Positions 42,712 to 53,755 of a DNA stretch of 64,000 bases are shown in pieces (position 1 is the first letter of the stretch; the number at the start of each line of letters is the position of its first letter). The stretch is from a virus. Made by a program: the position numbers and the translations under genes. The stretch lies in the UHGV virus genome UHGV-0057547; one strand, given 5' to 3'. The notes under the pieces are model-generated. The model had not been told where the DNA came from and did no database searches. It was given only the letters and a program-made list of their open reading frames with translations.

Positions 42712-45700
42712 ATGGCAAATACAATAAATTCTACTAATAATCTCACATCCACAAAAATACCTGAATTATATATTAGATATTTCAATCCTAAACAAAAAAT
42801 TAATGAAACGATAAGTATTAAATATTATGTATCTGATAGTACTCAAGCTGAGTATTTAAATAAAGATGATAGTAAAAGTTTTACAACTATTGTTAAAATA
42901 AATGATAAGTCATATTCTAAAACCACTAAAGCAGGAGAATATTCAATAGATATAGGTTCAATTGCTATTACTGGAGAAACTTACTTTAGCATTCAAACCA
43001 TAGATGACAATGGTGTAGCGAGTATTGAACAATTTTTTGATATACTAATAGTTAATGATACATATAATCAAGTAAATAATTATAATATGACAACTGCTGA
43101 TTTATCTACATATAATATTACTGTTGGTGAAACTGCTAGTATATCACAAGCTAAAACAAATAATACAGGATTGAACAACTTGTTTAAAGCAGTTAAAAAT
43201 AATGGTCATAATAAGATTACTATGCTAAATAAAATTTATATGTTAGATTATCATTCTGATAAAGTAGTTTTACCTGACCATTTCACAGTAGATATGAATG
43301 GTGCTACATTTAAGGCAACACAATGTAATGACATTAATGTATCAAATCTAGTAGACTTAAGAGATTGCTTTGATTCTCATGTTAAAAATGGTAAATTAAT
43401 TGGTAACTATGATGGATTTGATTTTGAAGCAACGAAAACTAATACAAATTATAACATACCTGGTGAAGGTCTTGCAGTTGCTGAAATCAATGGTGCAAGA
43501 TATTCATCTTTTGAAGATATGGAAATGGGATATTCAGTTGGTTACAATTTAGGTGTATTTGGAGGTAAATTAGCAGGATATGTAGGAACTCCTGGTCAAT
43601 TAGCCTTCCCAAATGCATATTATATAAATGACCAAGGCAACACAGTTAGTAGTACTACTATGAGTACAACAGAATTAATTGATATTTCAACATTGTTAGA
43701 TAGAGGTGAAATACAATGTAATGTGTATTTAGGATATGGAGGATTGGCTTTAAACAAAGCAGAATTGTTTTTTCATTTTTATGATAGTCATTCTGCATAT
43801 AAAACAACAATAAAAACAAGACAGTATCAAGTAGTTAAAATACCAAGTGGTTCAAAATCTATGAGAATTACTAGTTTCACTTCAACTACAACATCATCAG
43901 GTATGACAATATGCCATACAGGTGGGGCTACAAATTGTGAACTAATTAATGTGAAATCACATAATACAAGAACATGTGCTATGCATCCTGGTATATACAA
44001 TCATTTGTTAATAAAGAATTGTTCATTCAACTATGTTGCTGATGAAAATGAATATAAAGTAACAAAGTTAGCTTTGGATTTTGAAGATGGATATGAGAAC
44101 GGTAAAAATTTATTTTTCATAAACAATGAAGTTTATAATGGAACATCTGCTTTGACAATCCAAAGAGGTTTCAATTGTAATGTTATTAATTGTAGAAATT
44201 TTGGATTAGACTTAAGAGGACATATAAAAGGAGCAAATATTAAAAATAATTTCTTCAATGATGGAAGTATTTATACTACTAATTTTGACTCTCAATCACA
44301 TTTAAAATTGGACAATAATACATTCTTTAAAATATTGAAATTCTTAAAATGGGATAATACTGGAAATTATTCTACTGTTGGATTAACTAAATTAGATTGT
44401 AAACAAAGTTATCAAAATAACTCTAATATCAATGTAATAATTGATAAAGCGGTTGAAAGTGGTGGTAGTGGAGGAGGAACTACTCCTGAAACATTAACTA
44501 TAAGTAATATATCAAACATAACACAATCAGAAAAAACAGAATTCTATATTGAATATTCCACAAATATAGCAGTAGTAAAACATGAAGTTTCATGGGATGG
44601 AGGAAATACATTCTACGATAAAACAAGTGATGTTGTAGTAAACGGAACATCATATAAATTTAAACATGATAATAAAGGTAATGCTGGAACTTATCAAATG
44701 GCTATAAGGGTAACAACAGCTAAAGGTACTACTAAGACAAGTAATGTATTTACTGTTACTTTAGTAGATAATAATCAATTAGCTTTCACTCAATACAAAC
44801 GACTTAATGAGGGTGTAATTACAGATACAACAGATGGTACATATTATAGTACATTAAATTATATAAGTGTAACTGCTGGTAAATCATATACTATCAATCT
44901 TAATAAAGCTAATTATGTATGTGTTTGTTATTACAATTCATCAAATTCTTATGTATCCTATGTCGAAGGCAATACAGATGACTGGTCAAATAAAGCTTTG
45001 TCATATACGTTTACTGTACCAGCAAATATAGCTAAAATATTAATATGTGCTACTGGTGATGCAAGTACTGCTATCACAGCTACATTAAAAGAAAATGGTT
45101 CAAGTTCAAGCTCATTACTAGATTCTACTGGTGCTTATGTAATAGATGATTTCTCAGGTAATAGTGTAGACTCAAATAAATGGGGATATGAATTGGGTTA
45201 TGTTAGAAATAATGAAACTCAAAGATATACAAACACTAATGCTGAAATCAACGATGGTATATTAGCATTAAGAGGTAAAAAAGCAAGTGATGGTTCTTGG
45301 ACATCAGCATCAATTATCTCTAAAGGTCATTTTGCTTTTATGTATGGTAAAATAGTAGCAAGAGTTAGACCATGTAATTGGAATGGTTCTTTTGGTGCAT
45401 TTTGGACTTTAGGAGACAGTTTTGAATTTGGATATAAAGAAAATGGTAGTCCTGATACATTAGGTGAATGGTGGGCTTATTGTGGTGAATTTGATGTAAT
45501 GGAATTTTACAATGGTAAACTAACTTGTGGTACGTTCTTTAATGAAAAAGAAGAAAGTGGTCGTGTATGGTATAATAATTATCCTACTGGTGATTGGCAT
45601 GAGTTTGCTATGGAATGGAATACAGATGGTAGTTTAGTTTTCTCTATTGATGGAAATGAATTAAGCAGAACAAGTGCTACTGATAACAGAGCATTCCATA

Positions 45701-48700
45701 TACCACACTTTATTTTACTTAATCAGGCAATTGGTGCTAGTGGTGGTACTCCTGATAGCAATACAACAGAAATAACTCAATATGTTGATTGGGTAAAATA
45801 TTATCCATTGAGTACTGATAACCTAGTGTTAAACTCTAATGACTTCTCTTTAAGTGCTATGGATTTTAATGATAGTTCACATAACTGCATGGTAAGACCT
45901 ACTTTTAATGATAATTGTATTAATAAATCACTAACATGGTCATCTAATAATTCTAGTCTAGTTTGGGTTCATAGTGGACTATGTTCTACTTATGCAGGAG
46001 CTAATGGTGAAGTAATAATTACAGGTACTTCACATTCAGGTGTATCAAAACAAATTACATTAACTGTATCAAATGGTACACTAAGAGCTAAAGATTCAGG
46101 TGGTACAACTCCTTCTCAAACTATAGGTAACATGACTTATGGAAAAGGTATAAATCAAAGTACACATGTTATAACTGATAATGCAGAATGTTGGGCAACA
46201 GTTAATGCAGTAACAGTTGAAAAAGGTGCAACTTATACACTACAAATGGATGCTACATGGACTTGGGCATATGCTTATGACGACAATGATAAATTTGTTA
46301 AAGAGTTATTCACTAGTACTGGTAATAATAACTATAAATACACATTCACTGCACCTACAAACAAAATAAGATATGGTTGTTATGACCCAGGTAAGTATTT
46401 AACATATTGTAATTTAACTAAAAATTCAACTGCATTAACTATAAGTAATATATCAAACATAACACAAACTGAAAAAACAGAATTTTACATTGAATATAGT
46501 ACAAATATAGCAGTAACAAAACATGAAGTATCATGGGATGGTGGAAATATGTTCTACGATAAAACAGAGGATGTAACTGCTAATGGGACAACTTATAAAT
46601 TTAAGCATGATAATTCAGGTAATGCAGGAACTTATAGAATGGCTATAAGAGTTACAGATTCAGATGGTAATACTAAGACAAGTAATGTATTTACTGTTAC
46701 TCTTACAAGCACATCTACTCCTACACCAGTATACGAATTAGCCGATACAGTATTTGACGGTTCTTCTAAATATATAGACACTGGAGTAAAACCATTCAAG
46801 ACTGCAAGTGATTACACTATATTCATTGACTTTGATGATTATGGAGCTAGTCAAGGGCAACAGCCATATTTATTCCACTGTGCATATGAGAATGCCGACG
46901 GTGACGGATTAAAAGTATATTATAATAACGAAGATAATCACTACTATATAATAGGAAATAGACAAAACGCTAGCGATGGTACTTATGAATCTAGTTGGAC
47001 ATTAGTTGGTGGTAAAAATAATAAAATTGCTATAGCAATCTCTAAAGGTGTGGTTAGCCAAATAGTAATAAATGGCTCAGCTGTTGCAGTTACTAAGAAT
47101 GCATACGACATGAACGACTATTCATTAATACTAGGAGCTTATCAAGATGCGGAATGCAATAAGAGTAAATATTGGAAAGGTACAATACATACTTTCAAAG
47201 TATGGAATTCAGCTTTCACAGTAGCTCAATTAAAAGAACTATGTAACTCATCTAGTGGAGGTGGTAGTAACCCAGGAGGTGGCGATAGTGGTTCAAGCGA
47301 TGCTTATAGACCAGGTAGAACCCTAATATGGGAGGATGACTTCACTGGTACAACTTTAAATACTGCTAACTGGGATTATGAAAACAACTATAGTAGACCG
47401 AATGAAGTTCAAAATTATGTGGCAGGAACAAATAACGTATGGGTAGAAAATAGTAACCTTGTTATAAAAGCTAAGAAGGAATGGTCAAATGGTAAAGAAT
47501 GGTCAAGTGGTTGTATCCATACAGACAACAAACGAGAATTTATGTATGGTAGATTTGAAGCTAAAATTAAGATACCACAAACAATAGGTTCATTCCCAGC
47601 ATTTTGGACATTAGGAGGTAACTACGAAGAAGGTGGAGGAATTACATGGCCATACTGTGGTGAAATCGACATCATGGAACACAAATATGGTTATGCTTGG
47701 ACTACAGCCGGTGCATTGTACAGAACAGACTTAGTATGGGACAACTGGGATGCGAAAGATTTAGGTAGGGTTGATTCAGGAAACATAGGAAGCTTCGATG
47801 ATTACCATATCTATGCTATGGAATGGACTCACGATAGACTAGATTACTATGTAGATGATAGACTTATAGGACATTCTGACATATCCGATGATAACACATG
47901 GTTCATGTTCCACCAACCACATTATATTCTACTAAATCAAGCTTTAGGTGCCGCCGGTGGTAGTGTTCCTAGTAATATGACTGAATACACTATGTATGTT
48001 GATTGGGTTAGAGTTTACGCTCCTCAAGAAGCACCGAGTGGTGGAGGTACTTCAAATCAAATTTGGTTTGAGGACACAAGTGCTAGACATATGAATAAAT
48101 GGTCTAAACTTGGATTAATACTTAAATTCAACGAAAGTTGGAATAATAAAGTAGTTACATGGAAATCTAATAATACAAACATAGCTACTGTATGTGGTGG
48201 TAGAGTAGACTCTAAAGGAGTTGACGGAACTTGTATTATAACTGCGACAACATTAGAAGGTAATTCAGCTAGCATAACTGTTAATGTAGGTTCAGGAGGA
48301 AGTAGTTCTGATAGTACTGAATATGAAACATCTATAGCATCTGATTACATTTTAGACAAGATGTACCCCATGCCACAAAATCATGAAGTTTTGCCCAGTG
48401 GAGTAACTGACACTTGGGCAACTCAATCACGTTGGGAAAATCAACAAAGACCTACTGCAATAGCTCACAATTGTGGTCAAGCAGGTTGTCCAGGAGCAGT
48501 ACAATTTAGAGCATTAGGTGCGTGGGCAAATGTATACAGAGTTAAAAATTCAGGTTTTAGTACAAATACTGGAGTGGAAATGAGAAATATAAAAGTTTAT
48601 GGATGGTATAATGGTCAATGGGAAAAAGTGCAAGATTTACCAGTTCCTAATGGAAACTTCTATGCTGAAAGTTTTTCAGGTGATAGTAATCAATATTTTA

Positions 48701-49074
48701 GTGACAGTATAAAAACTACAAGCACTAGTAAAACTATAATCTTACGAGAAACCAATAAGGTTAATGGTGAAAATTGTATGTATCACCCATTCTCTGATAT
48801 TAAAAACTTTGACACAAAATATGAATATGTATATACTTGCATAGATTTACGTAAGGTAAAATGGAATGAAAGTGGTACAGATGATAGAGATAGTTCTCAT
48901 TATTGTGCAAGTTGTGGTGGTGACTGGTGGTTAGCTGAAGGTTTAACATTTGATAGTAGTTGGCAACATAACAAAGGTATAGCTCAACCTAAGATAATAG
49001 AAATTACAAAAGAGTGGAGAAGATTCTCAATGACTACTGTTCCACAAAATTGGACTAACGGATTCCCAAAATAG
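42712..49074 (+). CDS. Tail-associated beta-helix protein with two GH16 (laminarinase-like) glucanase domains
   Basis: The GH16 ExDxxE motifs are GEFDVMEF near 45490 and GEIDIMEH near 47660. The beta-helix region is NCELINVKSHNTRTCAMHPG. Two copies of the module shared with the 40133 ORF are present. Confidence 0.55.
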   Translation: MANTINSTNNLTSTKIPELYIRYFNPKQKINETISIKYYVSDSTQAEYLNKDDSKSFTTIVKINDKSYSKTTKAGEYSIDIGSIAITGETYFSIQTIDDNGVASIEQFFDILIVNDTYNQVNNYNMTTADLSTYNITVGETASISQAKTNNTGLNNLFKAVKNNGHNKITMLNKIYMLDYHSDKVVLPDHFTVDMNGATFKATQCNDINVSNLVDLRDCFDSHVKNGKLIGNYDGFDFEATKTNTNYNIPGEGLAVAEINGARYSSFEDMEMGYSVGYNLGVFGGKLAGYVGTPGQLAFPNAYYINDQGNTVSSTTMSTTELIDISTLLDRGEIQCNVYLGYGGLALNKAELFFHFYDSHSAYKTTIKTRQYQVVKIPSGSKSMRITSFTSTTTSSGMTICHTGGATNCELINVKSHNTRTCAMHPGIYNHLLIKNCSFNYVADENEYKVTKLALDFEDGYENGKNLFFINNEVYNGTSALTIQRGFNCNVINCRNFGLDLRGHIKGANIKNNFFNDGSIYTTNFDSQSHLKLDNNTFFKILKFLKWDNTGNYSTVGLTKLDCKQSYQNNSNINVIIDKAVESGGSGGGTTPETLTISNISNITQSEKTEFYIEYSTNIAVVKHEVSWDGGNTFYDKTSDVVVNGTSYKFKHDNKGNAGTYQMAIRVTTAKGTTKTSNVFTVTLVDNNQLAFTQYKRLNEGVITDTTDGTYYSTLNYISVTAGKSYTINLNKANYVCVCYYNSSNSYVSYVEGNTDDWSNKALSYTFTVPANIAKILICATGDASTAITATLKENGSSSSSLLDSTGAYVIDDFSGNSVDSNKWGYELGYVRNNETQRYTNTNAEINDGILALRGKKASDGSWTSASIISKGHFAFMYGKIVARVRPCNWNGSFGAFWTLGDSFEFGYKENGSPDTLGEWWAYCGEFDVMEFYNGKLTCGTFFNEKEESGRVWYNNYPTGDWHEFAMEWNTDGSLVFSIDGNELSRTSATDNRAFHIPHFILLNQAIGASGGTPDSNTTEITQYVDWVKYYPLSTDNLVLNSNDFSLSAMDFNDSSHNCMVRPTFNDNCINKSLTWSSNNSSLVWVHSGLCSTYAGANGEVIITGTSHSGVSKQITLTVSNGTLRAKDSGGTTPSQTIGNMTYGKGINQSTHVITDNAECWATVNAVTVEKGATYTLQMDATWTWAYAYDDNDKFVKELFTSTGNNNYKYTFTAPTNKIRYGCYDPGKYLTYCNLTKNSTALTISNISNITQTEKTEFYIEYSTNIAVTKHEVSWDGGNMFYDKTEDVTANGTTYKFKHDNSGNAGTYRMAIRVTDSDGNTKTSNVFTVTLTSTSTPTPVYELADTVFDGSSKYIDTGVKPFKTASDYTIFIDFDDYGASQGQQPYLFHCAYENADGDGLKVYYNNEDNHYYIIGNRQNASDGTYESSWTLVGGKNNKIAIAISKGVVSQIVINGSAVAVTKNAYDMNDYSLILGAYQDAECNKSKYWKGTIHTFKVWNSAFTVAQLKELCNSSSGGGSNPGGGDSGSSDAYRPGRTLIWEDDFTGTTLNTANWDYENNYSRPNEVQNYVAGTNNVWVENSNLVIKAKKEWSNGKEWSSGCIHTDNKREFMYGRFEAKIKIPQTIGSFPAFWTLGGNYEEGGGITWPYCGEIDIMEHKYGYAWTTAGALYRTDLVWDNWDAKDLGRVDSGNIGSFDDYHIYAMEWTHDRLDYYVDDRLIGHSDISDDNTWFMFHQPHYILLNQALGAAGGSVPSNMTEYTMYVDWVRVYAPQEAPSGGGTSNQIWFEDTSARHMNKWSKLGLILKFNESWNNKVVTWKSNNTNIATVCGGRVDSKGVDGTCIITATTLEGNSASITVNVGSGGSSSDSTEYETSIASDYILDKMYPMPQNHEVLPSGVTDTWATQSRWENQQRPTAIAHNCGQAGCPGAVQFRALGAWANVYRVKNSGFSTNTGVEMRNIKVYGWYNGQWEKVQDLPVPNGNFYAESFSGDSNQYFSDSIKTTSTSKTIILRETNKVNGENCMYHPFSDIKNFDTKYEYVYTCIDLRKVKWNESGTDDRDSSHYCASCGGDWWLAEGLTFDSSWQHNKGIAQPKIIEITKEWRRFSMTTVPQNWTNGFPK

Positions 49075-49089
49075 GAGAGTGATTAAATA

Positions 49090-50928
49090 ATGAGTAGTTA
49101 TATAAGTAATTCGTTTTCAGTATCGGTCAATAGACCGACTACTGGAACAATTGAACCAGTATCAACAGTTAATATATATAAAAATGAAAAAATGTTACAA
49201 GCTGTAAATGGTACACCAGGAGATGGAGAATATAAAGTTATTATAACAAATACGACAAATTGTAGTGCTAGCATAAAATCTGATAATAAAACTATATTAT
49301 TAAATTCTGTATCAGGAAATAATGGTACAATAGAAATATCAGTAAATATTGAAAATAAAAAAACATATAGTAAAACTATTTCTGTTGCTAATGTTAATGA
49401 TACATCTGTTTTAAGTAGTAATTTTAGTAGAATTGAACAAACTGCTAATAAAATAAGTTGGTTAGTAAAAAGTGGTACTAGTTCAAGTAATATGACATTA
49501 ACAGATGAAGCACTGGATATTATTTCAAAAAATATTAATATTACAGGTAAGGTTACTTTTTCTAGTTTAGATAGTTATACTCAAAATAGAATAAATAATT
49601 CATATGATTTAACTTCATCTTGGAAATATGGAGGAACAACTACAATCAATGGTGCTAAAATACAAACAGGTACAATAACAGCCGACCAAATAAGTGCCAA
49701 TGCAATTACAGGTAAAAATATTACAGGTGGTACAATAAATATAGGTAGTGGTACTTTTATAGTTAATAAAAATGGTCAAATTGTTGCAAGTACAGAGCCT
49801 AACGAAAAAGGTCAATATTTGGAAATGAATAGTTCAAATTATAAAATTTTTAATGGTTCTAAAACTGTTGCTATGACAATGGGGTTTAGAGATTTAGACT
49901 TTGAAAATGGTAATATATCAACTTCATCACCATCAATATTTTTAGGTGCAAATGGTATAAATATTGACGGTGGCACTAGTTACTCAGCTGGAACAGGTAG
50001 ATATTATGGTAGAATATTTGCAACAGATAATAAAACATCTATGACAAATACTCATGTTGGTGTTCCTATGATGGAAATAAACTTTAATACAAAATATACT
50101 GATTATGATACCAATCATCCAATAGCAAGTCAATTTAGACTTTTTGGAGATGGAGATATAGTACTAGCTCCAGTTTGTGACTTCCAAATAAGAACCCATC
50201 AAAAAGATAATCAAGTAACAAAAGGAGGTTCAGAGTACGAAATAGCTTACTTTGCTTCAAGTTCATCTGAATGGTATCCATCATTTATGAGAGCTTATGC
50301 AATAACAAATAATTATAATAAAAAAGGTTTGTTTTTAGGAGATTATTACATGAGTGCTGATGGTAACGGTTATGATTCTAGTTTAGGTAGTTTTGTTAGT
50401 GCAGTTCTTGTAAAAGCTGGTGTAGCAAGTTCAGGAGCTAAAATGAGAACATTTAGACCTCATGCAGATAATGTTGCTATATTAGGTTCAGGTAGTTATA
50501 GATGGTCAAAACTTTATTGTGGTAGTAGTTCAATAAATACTTCAGATAGAAGATGTAAGACAAACATAAATTATCTTACTTCAGATAACGCAAGGGTCGC
50601 AAGTAAGCCATTATTTGATGAAAATGAAATATGGAATTTTGTAAAAGATATTGATTTTGCAACATATAACTTTATAGATAACGAAACAGGAGGAGCTAAA
50701 GAAGATAATCAAATAGGATTTATTTTACAAGATTTAATTCAGTCTTATCCTGATTTGACTAATTCTTTATTATTAGATAAAGGTAGTTATGATATAGAAG
50801 AAGGCGAAGATGATACAATAGTTCCTATGTTAGGATATAATAGTGGAAACTATGTTAATTTATTAGGTTGTGCTTTAAAACAAGCATTGCAAAGAATAGA
50901 AAAATTAGAAGAACAAATAAATAAATAG
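49090..50928 (+). CDS. Tail fibre with a C-terminal peptidase S74 intramolecular chaperone domain
   Basis: C-terminal ...NTSDRRCKTNINYL... followed by a coiled coil. Confidence 0.5.
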   Translation: MSSYISNSFSVSVNRPTTGTIEPVSTVNIYKNEKMLQAVNGTPGDGEYKVIITNTTNCSASIKSDNKTILLNSVSGNNGTIEISVNIENKKTYSKTISVANVNDTSVLSSNFSRIEQTANKISWLVKSGTSSSNMTLTDEALDIISKNINITGKVTFSSLDSYTQNRINNSYDLTSSWKYGGTTTINGAKIQTGTITADQISANAITGKNITGGTINIGSGTFIVNKNGQIVASTEPNEKGQYLEMNSSNYKIFNGSKTVAMTMGFRDLDFENGNISTSSPSIFLGANGINIDGGTSYSAGTGRYYGRIFATDNKTSMTNTHVGVPMMEINFNTKYTDYDTNHPIASQFRLFGDGDIVLAPVCDFQIRTHQKDNQVTKGGSEYEIAYFASSSSEWYPSFMRAYAITNNYNKKGLFLGDYYMSADGNGYDSSLGSFVSAVLVKAGVASSGAKMRTFRPHADNVAILGSGSYRWSKLYCGSSSINTSDRRCKTNINYLTSDNARVASKPLFDENEIWNFVKDIDFATYNFIDNETGGAKEDNQIGFILQDLIQSYPDLTNSLLLDKGSYDIEEGEDDTIVPMLGYNSGNYVNLLGCALKQALQRIEKLEEQINK

Positions 50929-50978
50929 ATTAAAGTCTTATAAATATAATGTAAAATAAAAATAAAGGAGAGATATTA

Positions 50979-51140
50979 ATGGATATAAAACTTGAAATTG
51001 CTTTTCAACAAGCAATGGAAGAAATAGCAAATTTAAATCAAAGAGTGATTCTTGAAAAAAGTTTAAGAATACAAGTAGAAGAAGAAAATAAAGAATTAAA
51101 GGAAAAAATAGCAAAATTAGAAAAAGATAATCCTCAATAA
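50979..51140 (+). CDS. Small coiled-coil protein
   Basis: RBS AAAGGAGAG. 53 aa. Not in the ORF track because it is under 60 aa. Confidence 0.35.
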   Translation: MDIKLEIAFQQAMEEIANLNQRVILEKSLRIQVEEENKELKEKIAKLEKDNPQ

Positions 51141-51164
51141 ATATAAATAAAAGAAGGTGATAGA

Positions 51165-51644
51165 ATGAGTGATAACTTAATAAAAAAACCTTTAACTATT
51201 ACTATTAATGGAAACACTGCTAGTTTAAATGAAACTATGTATTTTTATCAAGAGGATAGATGGATAGATTTTGAATTTACTATAGCAGATGTAAAATATA
51301 AATTTAATGAATATAGTGGTAACATATTAGTTGAATCCAATGCTTCTTATGCAGTAATTAAAGTATTAAAACCAAATGGTGATAGATTTATGACTGATAA
51401 ATTACCAATACAAAATAATACAGTTATACTTTCTATAACAGATGAATTCGCTGATGAATGTGAAGAATGTGGAACTCACACAATGCAGATACATTTATAT
51501 GATGATGAAAGAAATGATGCAACAGGAAAAAAAATACAAGGTAAAGTTACTATTCCACCTGTAAATTTTGAAGTATATGAACCTATATTTCATGATGATA
51601 AAAGTATGGCAACTGTTTCTTGTGTAAGAGCAGATGATGAATAA
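51165..51644 (+). CDS. BppU-N-like baseplate protein, paralog 1
   Basis: The N-terminal 140 aa are homologous to the next ORF: LTITINGNTASLNETMYFYQEDRWIDFEF against IVVTINGTTVQLDEPLYLYQRDKNIDVYF. Confidence 0.4.
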   Translation: MSDNLIKKPLTITINGNTASLNETMYFYQEDRWIDFEFTIADVKYKFNEYSGNILVESNASYAVIKVLKPNGDRFMTDKLPIQNNTVILSITDEFADECEECGTHTMQIHLYDDERNDATGKKIQGKVTIPPVNFEVYEPIFHDDKSMATVSCVRADDE

Positions 51645-53047
51645 TGGCTGAAAATTATATTACAAAAAATATTGTTGTTACTATAAATGGAACTACTGTG
51701 CAATTAGATGAGCCACTGTATTTATACCAACGTGATAAAAATATAGATGTATATTTTTTAATAAGAAATTTTAAATATGACTTTGCAAAAGGTACTCAAG
51801 AAGAAGTTAATGTTGTTGAAAAAACAAATGCTAGTTATGCAACAATAAGAGTATTAAAACCTGAAATCTATGCAACAAAAATTGGTGAAGATGGCAAACC
51901 ACTTGGAGAAGATGGTAGAAAATTTGTTAGTGATGAACCAATACCAGTTGTAGATGGAAAGGTTTTATTTACTGTTACAGAAACTTTTATAGATGAAGTA
52001 GAAGAAATAGGTAATTATCAACTTCAAATTTCTTTATGGGATGAAAATCAAGGTGGTAAAATTACAATACCACCTATTCCTTTTGAAGTTTTAAAACCCA
52101 TATTTCCTGATGAATATGTTGGAGATTTTACACCAGGGCAAATAGATATAACTAAAATAGGAATGTCAAGAATAGTCAATGATGATTATGTTATTAGTGG
52201 TAATAATGACAATGAAATTAGTGTTATGGCTTTGCGAGAAGATAGTGGTTTAGAGGAATGGAAATATGGACAAATAATTTCAGCCACAAGAATGAATGCT
52301 ATAACATCTAATTTAAATGATATATGGACTGAATTAAAAGAACTAGGTAAATCTATTGATATAAATGCTTCTAATGTAAAATATGACAATGCTTTATATC
52401 CAACAGTATCAAAAGCTTTAGATAAATTGTTATATATAAAATTAGCAATATCTAATTTTTCAGTAAAATTAGATGAAACTTATTCCAATAATATTATTTG
52501 GGAATTAGGAAAAACTTTTAATTCACCAATAACTATTAATTGGAGTTATAATAAAACAATGGAAGAAATAACAAATCAAACTCTAACACTTCCAAAAAGT
52601 GGAGTAATTAGCAATCTTGAAAAATCCTTAACATATACTTGCAATGATACAATAAATGGAAATGATAATTATTCTTTTAAAATAACGGCTACCGATGGTA
52701 AGGAGACTATAAGTAGAACAATAACACTTATTCATTATAATAAGGTTTATTGGGGCACTTCAAGTAGTACAACTTTTAATAATACTTTTATTGCTACTTT
52801 AAAAAATAGTACGTTAAGTAATAATATAAAAAGAATTATAAATGTTACTGCCACATCTAATGAATATATTTACTATGCATTTCCCACAAGATTAGGTACA
52901 CCTGTATTTAAAGTTGGAGGATTTGAAGGTGGATTTAATAAAGTTAGTACAATCTACTTTACTAATTCTTATAACTATGTTGAAAAATATGATATTTATA
53001 AAAGTACAAATGCAGGATTGGGAAATACAACTGTAGATATATCTTAG
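51644..53047 (+). CDS. BppU-like baseplate upper protein, paralog 2
   Basis: Shares its N-terminal domain with paralog 1. Confidence 0.4.
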   Translation: MAENYITKNIVVTINGTTVQLDEPLYLYQRDKNIDVYFLIRNFKYDFAKGTQEEVNVVEKTNASYATIRVLKPEIYATKIGEDGKPLGEDGRKFVSDEPIPVVDGKVLFTVTETFIDEVEEIGNYQLQISLWDENQGGKITIPPIPFEVLKPIFPDEYVGDFTPGQIDITKIGMSRIVNDDYVISGNNDNEISVMALREDSGLEEWKYGQIISATRMNAITSNLNDIWTELKELGKSIDINASNVKYDNALYPTVSKALDKLLYIKLAISNFSVKLDETYSNNIIWELGKTFNSPITINWSYNKTMEEITNQTLTLPKSGVISNLEKSLTYTCNDTINGNDNYSFKITATDGKETISRTITLIHYNKVYWGTSSSTTFNNTFIATLKNSTLSNNIKRIINVTATSNEYIYYAFPTRLGTPVFKVGGFEGGFNKVSTIYFTNSYNYVEKYDIYKSTNAGLGNTTVDIS

Positions 53048-53063
53048 TAAAGGTGGTGATTTT

Positions 53064-53735
53064 ATGGCTATAGAAATTATAGATACCTTAAAACAAAAGA
53101 ATAATGGTACTTTTGGTTTAGTAGATAGTAACGATATTATTGGTGGATTTTATCAAACTGATAATATAACTGAAAGAAATTCCATACCTTCAAATAGAAG
53201 AAAAGAAGGTATGTTTTGTTGGGTTAAAGAAGAAAAAAAGGTTTTTCAATTAGTAAACGGATTGACTAATGAATGTTGGATTGAATTTAAATCAGGTAGC
53301 TCGGATAGTGGAGGTACTATAATAGATGGATATGCACATATATGGATAGGTGATAAGCCACCAAAAGATAAAAATATGTTATGGTTAGATACTAATTCAG
53401 ATGGAATATTAGAAGATGAAACCGATATAGAAACAGTAAAAAAATTACTTAATAAAATATCTGATTTAGAAATAAAAATATCACAATTAACTAAAAGGGT
53501 TGCTTATTTAGAAGAACATGGAGTAGTTAATCCTGATAAACCTGATAAACCTGGCGTATTAACAAGTGTTGGCTTGTTACTTGAAGATGGAACACCTTTA
53601 TTACTTGAAGATGGAACTCCATTATTGTTAGAGGGAGAAAAAAGCGAAAGTAGTGGCAATGTAATAAATGGAATATTATTAGAAGATAAAACAAATATAT
53701 TATTAGAAGATAACACTCCATTGTTATTAGAATAA
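53064..53735 (+). CDS. Hypothetical protein with C-terminal LLEDGTPLLLE repeats
   Basis: LLEDGTPLLLEDGTPLLLEGEK...LLEDKTNILLEDNTPLLLE. Confidence 0.4.
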   Translation: MAIEIIDTLKQKNNGTFGLVDSNDIIGGFYQTDNITERNSIPSNRRKEGMFCWVKEEKKVFQLVNGLTNECWIEFKSGSSDSGGTIIDGYAHIWIGDKPPKDKNMLWLDTNSDGILEDETDIETVKKLLNKISDLEIKISQLTKRVAYLEEHGVVNPDKPDKPGVLTSVGLLLEDGTPLLLEDGTPLLLEGEKSESSGNVINGILLEDKTNILLEDNTPLLLE

Positions 53736-53755
53736 ATATAGGAGATGATAAATAA

